64,000 nt of DNA from an uncultured Melioribacteraceae bacterium (GCA_964573255.1 CAZNJB010000021.1:2098-66097); one strand, 5' to 3'. Shown: positions 10,730 through 21,194, numbered from the stretch's first letter. Notes: generated by a model from the letters alone, not told the origin. Made by a program: numbers and translations.

Positions 10730-12241
10730 ATGACTATGGATATTTCAATTTTAAGTGAAGCATTAGGATTTATAAAACCGGAAATAGCAATATCAATCTC
10801 GCTGATTGTTTTGGTGCTGTTGGATTTAATCTTCCATAAAGATAAGCGAATAATACCTTATGCGGCATTAGTAGCTATTGCTGTTGCTATGTATTATGTA
10901 TTCGAACAATTTGGGATGGAAGGAACAGTTTTCAAATTAGGCGGCAGTTCGCTTGGTATGATTACTGTTGATCCGTTTGGCGCATTCTTCAAAATCATTG
11001 TTCTTGTAGCAACAGTTGCACTCGTTTTATTTTCTTATAATAGCGATGAAATTCAAAAAACAGTACACAGACAAGGCGAATATTATGCTTTAGTCTTCGG
11101 AATGGTTCTCGGAATGTTTTTTATGATTTCGAGTTCAGATCTTATACTTATTTATTTGTCACTTGAATTAATGTCGCTTAGTTCATACGTTTTGGCAGGA
11201 TTTACTAAACTGCGTGAAAGAAACAGCGAAGCAGCGTTAAAATATTTAATCTACGGTGCTATTTCTTCCGGACTAATGCTTTTCGGTATTTCCATTATTT
11301 ACGGAATAACCGGAAGTACAAATCTTTTTGAAATAAATACTCTAATTCAAACACCGAATATTGACTTATTTACTTTTGCATTATCAATGCTCCTTATTTT
11401 TACAGGTATCGGTTATAAAATATCGGTTGCTCCTTTCCATTATTGGACACCCGATGTTTATGAAGGAGCACCAATCAGTATTACCGCTTATTTATCCGTT
11501 GCCAGTAAAGCTGCCGGTTTTGCTTTGCTAATCAGATTCCTGAAATCTACTTTTGTATCTTTCATCGATGCAGAAGGATTCTGGCAGTTAACAAATCTTT
11601 TCGACTGGCAAATGCTTTTGGTTCTAATATCAATACTAACTATGACTCTCGGTAATTTTACTGCATTGTGGCAGGACAATTTGAAAAGAATGCTTGCTTA
11701 TTCGAGTATTGCTCATGCCGGTTATATGCTTTTGGGTGTTGTAGTAATGTCTAATACCGGCGTTTCAGCAGTTATGTTATACTTCATTGTTTATTTAATA
11801 ATGAATCTCGGTGCATTCTTTGTTGTAATGATAATAGCCAATAAAACCGGAAGCGAAGATATTAATGATTATGACGGATTGGGATATACTTCTCCATTCC
11901 TTGGTGTCACGCTTGGCATTTTCTTGGTGTCTTTAGTCGGTTTACCTCCGACTGCCGGATTTATCGGTAAACTGTATTTATTCATTGCGCTGGTAGATGC
12001 TAAAATGATTGCTATTGCAGTAATAGCTGTTCTCAACAGTGTTGTCTCTCTCTACTATTATATCAGAGTACTGAAGCATATGTATTTGATTAAACCGAAC
12101 GAAGATACACCGGAAGTAAAGACAAATATATTTGCTACCATAGTTATTTTAGCATTTGCAATCCCAACTATATTTTTCGGAGTATATTTCTCACCGATTG
12201 CAACCTGGGCTAAAAGCGCAGTAAAAATATTTGGGGTCTAA
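10730..12241 (+). CDS. nuoN: NADH-quinone oxidoreductase subunit N (ND2)
   Basis: YWTPDVYEGAPISITAYLSVASKAAGF motif. The track starts at TTG 10727; the adjacent ATG at 10730 is preferred. Confidence 0.93.
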   Translation: MTMDISILSEALGFIKPEIAISISLIVLVLLDLIFHKDKRIIPYAALVAIAVAMYYVFEQFGMEGTVFKLGGSSLGMITVDPFGAFFKIIVLVATVALVLFSYNSDEIQKTVHRQGEYYALVFGMVLGMFFMISSSDLILIYLSLELMSLSSYVLAGFTKLRERNSEAALKYLIYGAISSGLMLFGISIIYGITGSTNLFEINTLIQTPNIDLFTFALSMLLIFTGIGYKISVAPFHYWTPDVYEGAPISITAYLSVASKAAGFALLIRFLKSTFVSFIDAEGFWQLTNLFDWQMLLVLISILTMTLGNFTALWQDNLKRMLAYSSIAHAGYMLLGVVVMSNTGVSAVMLYFIVYLIMNLGAFFVVMIIANKTGSEDINDYDGLGYTSPFLGVTLGIFLVSLVGLPPTAGFIGKLYLFIALVDAKMIAIAVIAVLNSVVSLYYYIRVLKHMYLIKPNEDTPEVKTNIFATIVILAFAIPTIFFGVYFSPIATWAKSAVKIFGV

Positions 12242-12262
12242 AAATAAAGTTTATTCTTAATT

Positions 12263-12294
12263 AAAAGATCCGGGTTCTCCCCGGATTTTTTTTT
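12263..12294 (+). terminator. Rho-independent terminator of the nuo operon
   Basis: The stem ATCCGGG (12268-12274) / CCCGGAT (12280-12286) closes a 5-nt loop and is followed by a run of 8 T. Confidence 0.85.
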
Positions 12295-12481
12295 GCTCAA
12301 GTTTTTTGTTACCTTGTAAAGAACAATAAGATAAGTCTTTGCGATCCGGGCAGTTTGTGTCGCTAAATCTGTTTTATTTTCTAACTATTTTATTTTACAC
12401 CAATCTGAATAGCGAATTCTCCACTCATTTTATTACACAATGCCTAATTCATCGTTTTATTTCAATTATAAATAGGATCTC

Positions 12482-12535
12482 TTGACTTATTAAAATAAAA
12501 TCAGTAATTTATATACGACTAAAAAAGTCGTATAT
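12482..12535 (+). promoter_or_regulatory. Putative promoter plus IscR-type palindromic operator
   Basis: TTGACT at 12482-12487, then a 17-nt spacer, then TAATTT at 12505-12510. Immediately after comes a perfect 10-bp inverted repeat with a 5-nt spacer, ATATACGACT-AAAAA-AGTCGTATAT (12511-12535). It ends 4 nt before the Rrf2 ATG. Confidence 0.6.
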
Positions 12536-12539
12536 GTAA

Positions 12540-12947
12540 ATGTTAAAAATATCAAAATCAGTAGAATATTCAATATTAGCTTTGAAATACATTGCGGAGA
12601 ATCAAGGAGGTTCAAAGGTTAACGCAAAAACAATTTCAGAAAAGGTTAATATACCTTTTGAACTATTAGCAAAATTATTGCAAAAAATGGCTAAAAAGGG
12701 TATAATTAAATCAATACAGGGTACACACGGAGGATATTCTCTTATAGTCGATCCGGATAAATTAACTTTGTTAACTGTAATCGATGCTGTTGAACAAAAT
12801 ATTCAATTGACGGATTGTTCATTTGATGGGGCAACTACCGATGATTGTGCAAGAATGGAAGACTGTTGCCTAAGAAATCCTCTTACTAATATCCAAAATA
12901 AAATAATATATTTATTCAGTCAGACAAAATTATCGGAAATAATATAA
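12540..12947 (+). CDS. Rrf2-family (IscR/NsrR-like) transcriptional regulator
   Basis: N-terminal wHTH (MLKISKSVEYSILALKYIAE...GTHGGYSL). Cys cluster C93-x9-C103-x5-C109-C110. Confidence 0.88.
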   Translation: MLKISKSVEYSILALKYIAENQGGSKVNAKTISEKVNIPFELLAKLLQKMAKKGIIKSIQGTHGGYSLIVDPDKLTLLTVIDAVEQNIQLTDCSFDGATTDDCARMEDCCLRNPLTNIQNKIIYLFSQTKLSEII

Positions 12948-12956
12948 GAGGAAAGA

Positions 12957-13259
12957 ATGGAGAAACTAGAAATTTTGAAAAATGAAAAAGATTCTTTTTT
13001 TGAATTTATGAGAGAAAAATATCCCGTAATTTATAAGTCGAATATATTTTTACGTGATATTCAATATGCGATTTTTCTGTTTTTCAAATATCGAGGTGAA
13101 GTAATTGACAGCTATCAAACTGAAGAAATCACCAAACAATTTACGGATTATCTTGTTAGTACGGGAGAATTAAAGCAACTTAGCCATAATACTTGGTTGG
13201 TAAATTTTGAGATTAAATCTACAGTAATGGAACAAACCGAAAACTTAGCGGAGGAATAG
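12957..13259 (+). CDS. Hypothetical 100-aa cytoplasmic protein, no family recognised
   Basis: ORF preceded by an AGAGGAAAGA SD-like sequence. Its stop abuts the next ATG (TAGATG). No TM segment or signal peptide. Confidence 0.55.
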   Translation: MEKLEILKNEKDSFFEFMREKYPVIYKSNIFLRDIQYAIFLFFKYRGEVIDSYQTEEITKQFTDYLVSTGELKQLSHNTWLVNFEIKSTVMEQTENLAEE

Positions 13260-13613
13260 ATGAGTAATACTATGGTTGAGCAACAAGAAATTACTATAAC
13301 TGAAAAAGCTATAAATCAAGTTAATAAAATAAAGGAAGAAAACGGAATTCCGAAGGAATATGGACTGCGAATTGGAGTTAAAGGCGGAGGATGTTCCGGA
13401 TTAACTTATCAACTCGGATTTGATGCCGAAGCAAACGATGGTGATACCGTTATTGAACAGGACGGAATAAAATTATTTGTTGATGGTAAAAGCCTTTTCT
13501 ACTTGTCTGGAACAGAATTAGATTTCTCTGATGGTTTGAACGGAAAAGGATTTATTTTCAATAATCCAAACGCAACTAAGACATGTGGTTGCGGAGAATC
13601 ATTTGGAGTTTAA
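13260..13613 (+). CDS. HesB/IscA/ErpA-type iron-sulfur cluster insertion (A-type carrier) protein
   Basis: GGGCSGLTYQLGFD and C-terminal KTCGCGESFGV motifs. Confidence 0.92.
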   Translation: MSNTMVEQQEITITEKAINQVNKIKEENGIPKEYGLRIGVKGGGCSGLTYQLGFDAEANDGDTVIEQDGIKLFVDGKSLFYLSGTELDFSDGLNGKGFIFNNPNATKTCGCGESFGV

Positions 13614-13646
13614 ATAAACATTAATAATTAAATAAGGAGTAATACT

Positions 13647-14255
13647 ATGTCTAAATTCACTTTGCCCGAATTAGGGTATGCATATGATGCATTGGAACCA
13701 TACATAGACGCTAAGACTATGGAAATTCATCACACAAAACACCACGCTGGTTATGTGGCAAAATTAAATGCTGCGATAGAAGGAACCGAGCACGAAGAGA
13801 AATCGTTGGAAGAATTAATTGCAAATGCTGGTAGTATTTCAGCTGCAGTTAGAAACAACGGTGGCGGTCACTTTAATCACACATTGTTTTGGTCGATAAT
13901 GGGACCAAATGCCGGCGGAGAACCTACCGGTGAATTAGCAGATGCAATCAATTCAGCATTCGGTTCATTCGAGAATTTCAAGGATAAATTCAGCAATGCT
14001 GCTGCAACTCGTTTCGGCTCTGGATGGGCTTGGCTTATTGTTTCAGAAGGGAATTTAGCCGTTACATCTACTCCTAATCAAGATAATCCTTTAATGGATG
14101 TGGCTGAAGTAAAAGGAACGCCAATTCTCGGAATTGATGTATGGGAACACGCTTACTATTTGAAATATCAAAACCGCAGACCTGAATACATTGAGAATTT
14201 CTTTAATGTAATCAATTGGAATGCAGTTGCTGAAAACTTTAAAAATGCAAAATAA
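13647..14255 (+). CDS. Fe/Mn-family superoxide dismutase
   Basis: [28 protein letters not shown] and [18 protein letters not shown] motifs. AAGGAG SD. Confidence 0.96.
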   Translation: MSKFTLPELGYAYDALEPYIDAKTMEIHHTKHHAGYVAKLNAAIEGTEHEEKSLEELIANAGSISAAVRNNGGGHFNHTLFWSIMGPNAGGEPTGELADAINSAFGSFENFKDKFSNAAATRFGSGWAWLIVSEGNLAVTSTPNQDNPLMDVAEVKGTPILGIDVWEHAYYLKYQNRRPEYIENFFNVINWNAVAENFKNAK

Positions 14256-14266
14256 ATAAATTAACT

Positions 14267-14291
14267 CCCGGACAATTACTCATTGTCCGGG
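14267..14291 (+). terminator. Perfect 10-bp hairpin after sod (weak terminator, attenuator or processing site)
   Basis: CCCGGACAAT (14267-14276) pairs with ATTGTCCGGG (14282-14291) across a 5-nt loop. Only a short, interrupted T-run follows. Confidence 0.4.
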
Positions 14292-14303
14292 GAAGATTTT
14301 ATT

Positions 14304-14930
14304 ATGAATGATATAATACCCATCTTTCCATTGACTCTAATTGTTTACCCCAATTCTCGCTATCCTCTGCATATTTTCGAAGAAAGATATAAAAAGATGA
14401 TTAATCGCTGTTTCGCCGAAGATAAACCTTTGGGGATTGTACCGGAGATTAGCGGCAGGATAACCGATTATGGAAGTTTGGTAAGCATTGATCAAATTAT
14501 TAAAAAATTCCCGGATGGGAAAATGGATATTATTGTTAAAGGAATAGATAGGATTCAAATTCTTGATATTGCTGTCCATGATGATGGTTATTACATAGGA
14601 AAAGTTAAAATTATAAGTGACGTCGATGACAATTTTCCCATCTTAAATGAATATGAAATGGTAATTCAAAAATTCCGGGAAGTATTAAATAAAGCTGAAA
14701 TTATTTTTGATGATTCGTATTGGGATAAATTAACTGAGATTCCAGTGAAATCATTCAAAATAGCTGAGAAAGCAGGATTGCAGTTAGAACAGCAATTGGA
14801 ATTACTGAAAATGAGGAAGGAGAGGGAGCGAATACAATTCCTGAGTCAGCATTTCGATTTTATTGGTGAAGTATTGGATAAAAATGATACGATGAATAAA
14901 ATTATTATGAGTGACGGGTTCCTTGAATGA
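14304..14930 (+). CDS. Stand-alone Lon N-terminal (LON substrate-binding) domain protein
   Basis: IPIFPLTLIVYPNSRYPLHIFEERYKKMI is the classic Lon-N beta-strand start. ATG 14304 is preferred over the track's TTG 14283, which lies inside the hairpin. Confidence 0.75.
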   Translation: MNDIIPIFPLTLIVYPNSRYPLHIFEERYKKMINRCFAEDKPLGIVPEISGRITDYGSLVSIDQIIKKFPDGKMDIIVKGIDRIQILDIAVHDDGYYIGKVKIISDVDDNFPILNEYEMVIQKFREVLNKAEIIFDDSYWDKLTEIPVKSFKIAEKAGLQLEQQLELLKMRKERERIQFLSQHFDFIGEVLDKNDTMNKIIMSDGFLE

Positions 14931-14978
14931 AACTTTCAGTTTGAATTCAACCTACCATTAAAATTTAACATCTCATTT

Positions 14979-15014
14979 AAAAATAAAAAAGGGCTTGAAC
15001 AAAAGTCCAAACCC
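14979..15014 (-). terminator. Rho-independent terminator of atpDC
   Basis: On the minus strand, GGGUUUGGAC-UUUU-GUUCAAGCCC forms a 10-bp stem with 2 G-U pairs, followed by UUUUUUAUUUUU. Confidence 0.75.
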
Positions 15015-15039
15015 AAATAATAACAAACTAATTTAACTT

Positions 15040-15447
15040 CTAAACGTGACCGGTAATTTTTAAGCGATTGACTGCGCGCTTAAGAGCTGCTTCCGCGCGA
15101 GCCTCATCGATTTCGGCTTGTTTTTTCTTCGCCAATCTCTCCTTGGCTCTTTCCATTGCTTTTTTTGCTCTGTCAACGTCAATCTCTTCCGGCGCTTCGA
15201 AGCTTTCAGCTAAAATTAATACTTTATTATCCAACACCTCAACTGTACCGCCGCCGGTAGCATAAAGTGAAACATTATCGTCGGATTCAACAATTTTAAT
15301 AGCTCCAATTTCAAAAGAACTTAAAATAGGAGCATGATTAAAAAGAATCTGAAAACCGCCGAGTGTTCCGGGAATGGTAACAGACTTAGCAATACCGTAG
15401 TATGCTTGTTTAGAAGGTGTTATAACTTCAACGTTTAATTCTTTCAT
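15040..15447 (-). CDS. atpC: F1 ATP synthase epsilon subunit
   Basis: 135 aa with an N-terminal beta-sandwich and a C-terminal helical AKERLAKKKQAEIDEARAEAALKRA region. Lies directly downstream of atpD. Confidence 0.92.
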   Translation of the reverse strand: MKELNVEVITPSKQAYYGIAKSVTIPGTLGGFQILFNHAPILSSFEIGAIKIVESDDNVSLYATGGGTVEVLDNKVLILAESFEAPEEIDVDRAKKAMERAKERLAKKKQAEIDEARAEAALKRAVNRLKITGHV

Positions 15448-15449
15448 AA

Positions 15450-16895
<1,446 letters not shown>

Positions 16896-17157
16896 TTAAA
16901 GATTCTTTATAGGTTTTTCAAAAAAACTTTTAAATTTATTGATTTTTTTTGATAATTACCTAACGATTTTTTGCTAAATGAACTCTCCGAGCAAGTTTCC
17001 TCAGTTTCATTTTATTGAAAATCCATTCAATTGAAATATACTAAAATTGTTATAGTATATTAAATAAATGAAGTACATTTCTTAGCTCCTAAATTTCTAA
17101 TCTGGGACTAAGATATTTCCAAAATGCTCACCATATTCAGTCTAATTTTTATCTAAT

Positions 17158-18948
17158 TTAATTCATTTCGATTTTTCTCCAGTTTTTAAGTAAAACTAAT
17201 GAACTTAAAACGGTAATTGTTGTGCAAATTAATGCAGGAATAAGTTCACCATAGAGGATAAACCCGGAAGCAAACACAGTGCCGTAAACTGCGAATGTTC
17301 CTGCTATCATCAATATTATTCCTAGTGCGAGATCTCCTTTCTTTGCAGTTTCTGTAATCGGGGAATCAGTCAATTTCGACTTTTCAATAATCTTCTTCCA
17401 ACCGATACCTCCCGGTCGAATGAGTTTGTAAAAGCTTATTAATTTTTCGTCATTAGTTGGTTTTGTAAGAAATGTTACAATCAACCAACCAGCAGTAGTA
17501 ATTAATACACCGATGATTAATCTTTCATGAGAGTCAAGTTGAATCCAATTCAATTGAGGATGAATCATTTCGAAATAGACTGCGATAATAAAAGAGATTA
17601 TCATTCCGCTCAATTCTGTAAAGGCGTTTATTCTCCACCAGAACCAACGGAGAATGAAAATAAGACCGGTACCAGCCCCGATTTGCAATAGAATATGAAA
17701 CGCTTGAAGGGCATTTTGAAGGAAGAGGGCAATGCCTCCGGCAACGAGCATTAAAATTACGGTTGAAATTCTTCCAATTTTAACTAATTCCTTTTCTGTT
17801 GCGTCTGGTTTTATAAATCTTTTATAAAAATCGTTTGCAATGTAAGAAGATCCCCAATTGAGATGTGAAGCCATTGTTGACATATAAGCCGCAATTAAGG
17901 AAGCAACGACTATACCCAATACACCCGCGGGTAAAAATGATAGCATCGCGGGATAAGCTAAATCGTCTTTTAAAATGTTTGGATCGACTTGAGGAAATTT
18001 AGCTTGAATGGAAGCCAAGTCAGGAAAGACAATTATAGATGCAAGAGCTACCAGAATCCAAGGCCAAGGTCTAATTGCATAATGCGCAATATTGAAGAAG
18101 AATGTTGCTCCCATAGCATGTTTTTCGTTTTTAGCCGAAAGCATTCTTTGAACCAAATAACCTCCTCCGCCCGGTTCTGCGCCCGGATACCAAACACTCC
18201 ACCATTGAACTGCTATCGGTATTATAAATACGGGGATTAATGTTTCAGGATCATTAAAATTCGGTAAAATATTTAATTTATCAACCACATTGGGATTCGA
18301 AAAGAGTCCTGAAAGCCCGCCGACTTCAGGTAAATTTACAGCTACTATTGCGGCCGCAACAGCTCCGAACATAGCGAATACAAAGAGAAATAAATCCGTA
18401 AACAGAACTGATCGCAAACCTCCCAAGCTAACGTAAATAACGGTGACTATGAGTGCAACGGATATTGTTGCTAGTGGTGATAAATTCAATAAAACACTTC
18501 CGATTTTTATTGCGGCTAATGAAACGGAAGCCATAATTACAACATTAAAGAAGAAGCCCAGGTAAATCGCCCTGAATCCTCTTAGAAAAGCAGCACTCTT
18601 TCCGCTGTAACGAATTTCGTAAAATTCAATATCGGTTAATACATTAGAGCGTCTCCAAAGTTTTGTGTAAACAAATACAGTCAGCATTCCTGTTAGTAAA
18701 AATGCCCACCACTGCCAGTTACCGGATACACCGTAATTACGGACTATATCAGTCACTAAATTGGGGGTATCGGTAGAAAACGTTGTTGCAACCATCGATA
18801 TTCCCAGCAGCCAGAAAGGCATGTTTCTTCCCGAAAGAAAAAAGCCGGCTGCAGTGTGCTCCACTTTTTTAGATGCGATTATACCGATTGAGAGTATTAT
18901 TATAAAAAATACAACTATTATTAACCAATCTATAGAATTAAGCAGCAT
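17158..18948 (-). CDS. Sodium:solute symporter (SSS) family transporter
   Basis: 596 aa with ~13-14 TM segments and SSS-like motifs (GGLRSVLFTDLF, WWSVWYPGAEPGGGGYLVQRMLSAK). Confidence 0.85.
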   Translation of the reverse strand: MLLNSIDWLIIVVFFIIILSIGIIASKKVEHTAAGFFLSGRNMPFWLLGISMVATTFSTDTPNLVTDIVRNYGVSGNWQWWAFLLTGMLTVFVYTKLWRRSNVLTDIEFYEIRYSGKSAAFLRGFRAIYLGFFFNVVIMASVSLAAIKIGSVLLNLSPLATISVALIVTVIYVSLGGLRSVLFTDLFLFVFAMFGAVAAAIVAVNLPEVGGLSGLFSNPNVVDKLNILPNFNDPETLIPVFIIPIAVQWWSVWYPGAEPGGGGYLVQRMLSAKNEKHAMGATFFFNIAHYAIRPWPWILVALASIIVFPDLASIQAKFPQVDPNILKDDLAYPAMLSFLPAGVLGIVVASLIAAYMSTMASHLNWGSSYIANDFYKRFIKPDATEKELVKIGRISTVILMLVAGGIALFLQNALQAFHILLQIGAGTGLIFILRWFWWRINAFTELSGMIISFIIAVYFEMIHPQLNWIQLDSHERLIIGVLITTAGWLIVTFLTKPTNDEKLISFYKLIRPGGIGWKKIIEKSKLTDSPITETAKKGDLALGIILMIAGTFAVYGTVFASGFILYGELIPALICTTITVLSSLVLLKNWRKIEMN

Positions 18949-18961
18949 AGTTACTCCAAAA

Positions 18962-20077
18962 TTATTTAACTAATTCATGTTTTGATTTTAATTCTTCCAA
19001 AATTTCATTTAATTTACTTTTATTCACAAATAAGGATTGCAACAATGCAATTTGATTTCTTGTTCTAACCAAGTTATGATCTTCATAGGCAGTTTTATAG
19101 TAAATATCTCCCTGAAGAAAATCAGTTAAAAACCGAATTGCCTGAACATAAATTAATAGTTCGGCTCCGGCAATTAAATTATTAACTTCACCCGGAGTAA
19201 TAAAATCGCGAACTTCAGAAAGATAAGCATCGGTTAATGCTCTGAAAATATCAACTCTGAATTTTATTTTATCTCTATCCTTTTCATCTTCCGGAACCGG
19301 CGAACAAAAGGAACGCACCATATCGCCGAAATCGTAAAGCAGGGAACCTGGCATAACGGTATCCAAATCAATTACTGCCATAGGTTCGTCCGATTTTTTC
19401 GATAGCATTACGTTATTTATTTTGGTGTCATTGTGAGTTATTCGTACGGGCAATTCCCCTGAAGAAAGTAAATTGTTAAAATTGGTTATTATACTTTGAT
19501 ATTTTTCATCGGTTAAAAACGAAATTTCTTCCGATGCTTTTTCGGTTCTTTGAATATCTTTATTGATAGAATGCAGAAAGTCAATTCTTCTTTTTTCCCA
19601 ATTATGAAAGTCGGGTAGAGTAGTTTTGAGCTGGGTTGTATCAATATCGATTAACAATTTCTGAAAATTTCCGAATGCTTTTGCGGCATTATATGCCTGC
19701 ACTTCGTTAGATACGAAATCAACAGTATAAGCAGAATCGAAAAACAAATTGACAGTCCAGACTTCGCCATTTTTATCCGAGTAAAAATATTTGTTGTCCC
19801 TCGTCTTCTTAAATGTTAAAACTTTATCATGGATATTTTTTTCATTTTGATTTTCTAATTTTTGCCGGATATGGTTAGTGATATAAACGGCATTTTCCAC
19901 TACAAATTCGGGCTTCTTAAAAATAGAAGAATTTATTTTACGGAAAATATACTTTTCGATTTTTCCATCAATTCTGCACAAGACTAAATAGGTATTATTA
20001 ATATGTCCTGAACCGTAAATATTATATTCTATTAGGTCTCCGTCAATATTAAAATGCTTAACTATTTCGGATATCAT
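18962..20077 (-). CDS. APH-fold sugar anomeric kinase-like protein (NahK/AmgK-like phosphotransferase)
   Basis: Catalytic-loop motif ITHNDTKINNVML and a downstream VIDLDTVMPG motif. The ATG at 20077 leaves a 1-nt gap to the upstream stop, so it is preferred over the 38-nt overlapping track start at 20116. Confidence 0.7.
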   Translation of the reverse strand: MISEIVKHFNIDGDLIEYNIYGSGHINNTYLVLCRIDGKIEKYIFRKINSSIFKKPEFVVENAVYITNHIRQKLENQNEKNIHDKVLTFKKTRDNKYFYSDKNGEVWTVNLFFDSAYTVDFVSNEVQAYNAAKAFGNFQKLLIDIDTTQLKTTLPDFHNWEKRRIDFLHSINKDIQRTEKASEEISFLTDEKYQSIITNFNNLLSSGELPVRITHNDTKINNVMLSKKSDEPMAVIDLDTVMPGSLLYDFGDMVRSFCSPVPEDEKDRDKIKFRVDIFRALTDAYLSEVRDFITPGEVNNLIAGAELLIYVQAIRFLTDFLQGDIYYKTAYEDHNLVRTRNQIALLQSLFVNKSKLNEILEELKSKHELVK

Positions 20078-20078
20078 A

Positions 20079-20984
20079 TTAATTCCATAAACTTTTGGGA
20101 TAATAACCTTTATCAATCAATTCGTTTATCTGTTGGACAACATTTTCTTTGTCGGCTTTGTATGTAAGTCCGAACCATTTCTCATTTGTTAATATTACCT
20201 TAAAATTAGACTTTTTCGATTCTATTATTTGTTGAACCACAGTAGGTACGTAGCATTCAGCAGTTTCGCTCATCGAATTATTTTTTATGAATTCATCGAA
20301 TCGTTCTTGAAACAGATGAAAAATATTCGGGTGAAAAGTAAACATATTCATCGAGGCAATATCGTCTCTATTCAGTTCAACTTTTGAACCGTCACTGAGC
20401 AAGGAAAAAATACCGTTATTCTCTTTTCTTATTTGTGTATGCTCTTCAATTGAAATAAGATTGTTCTGCGGATCCACTTTACAAATACCTCTTGCAACGG
20501 CGCCATAATCGGAAAGAGTATTTCCTAATTTATAACCGACTAACAAATGTGTTGTTTCGTTAATAAGGGTATCAATGAATGCGGATGATATTCTAAACGA
20601 ATCGAAACCGTAGAAATCGTCTGCATTTATAATGGTGAAAGGTTCGTTAATAACATGTTTTGCTTGGAGAACAGCATGTGCAGTGCCCCAAGGTTTTTTA
20701 CGTTTTGGTGAATATGTAATCCCTTCGGGTAGAGAATCAATTTCTTGGAAAACATAATGAATATCGATTCTTTCTTTAACTTTATCGCCGATCAAATTCT
20801 TAAAATCTTCAAAAATGCTTTCTCTTATCACAAATACAACTTTATTGAAACCGGCTTTAATTGCATCAAAAATTGAGTATTCGATAATTCTTGCATCGGA
20901 TAGTCCGACTTTATCCAATTGCTTTATCCCGCCATATCGGGTCCCGAGTCCTGCAGCTAAAATTAAAAGTACTTTTTTCATCAA
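20079..20984 (-). CDS. Sugar-1-phosphate nucleotidyltransferase (NTP_transferase fold)
   Basis: N-terminal LILAAGLGTRYGGIKQLDKVG is a G-x-G-T-R pyrophosphorylase loop. 301 aa. Confidence 0.8.
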   Translation of the reverse strand: MMKKVLLILAAGLGTRYGGIKQLDKVGLSDARIIEYSIFDAIKAGFNKVVFVIRESIFEDFKNLIGDKVKERIDIHYVFQEIDSLPEGITYSPKRKKPWGTAHAVLQAKHVINEPFTIINADDFYGFDSFRISSAFIDTLINETTHLLVGYKLGNTLSDYGAVARGICKVDPQNNLISIEEHTQIRKENNGIFSLLSDGSKVELNRDDIASMNMFTFHPNIFHLFQERFDEFIKNNSMSETAECYVPTVVQQIIESKKSNFKVILTNEKWFGLTYKADKENVVQQINELIDKGYYPKSLWN

Positions 20985-21194
20985 TCTCTACAGAAATTTT
21001 ACCTGTAATTTAAATAACTTTTTGCTTACGTTTAAAACACAACCTGAATTAATTTATCGGATTATTTTTGAAAGGGCTGTAAGAAATTATCCGGAATCTG
21101 ATAAATATGATTCTTCAGGAATTAATTTAATCAATGTAAATTTATTTTCTCTATAAATTCCATTAAATTTCGTAATTAAACAATTTGAAATACC

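Noticed and set aside
18962-20116. Longer kinase ORF that overlaps the nucleotidyltransferase gene by 38 nt. The same issue applies to the TTG-extended starts of topA (27816), the Lon-N gene (14283), the coiled-coil protein (30305), the lipoprotein (35824), the barrels (37011, 57962) and the phosphoesterase (62244).
   Set aside because: In each case an internal ATG gives a proper signal peptide or conserved N-terminus, and often a better SD. The extensions are longest-ORF artefacts.
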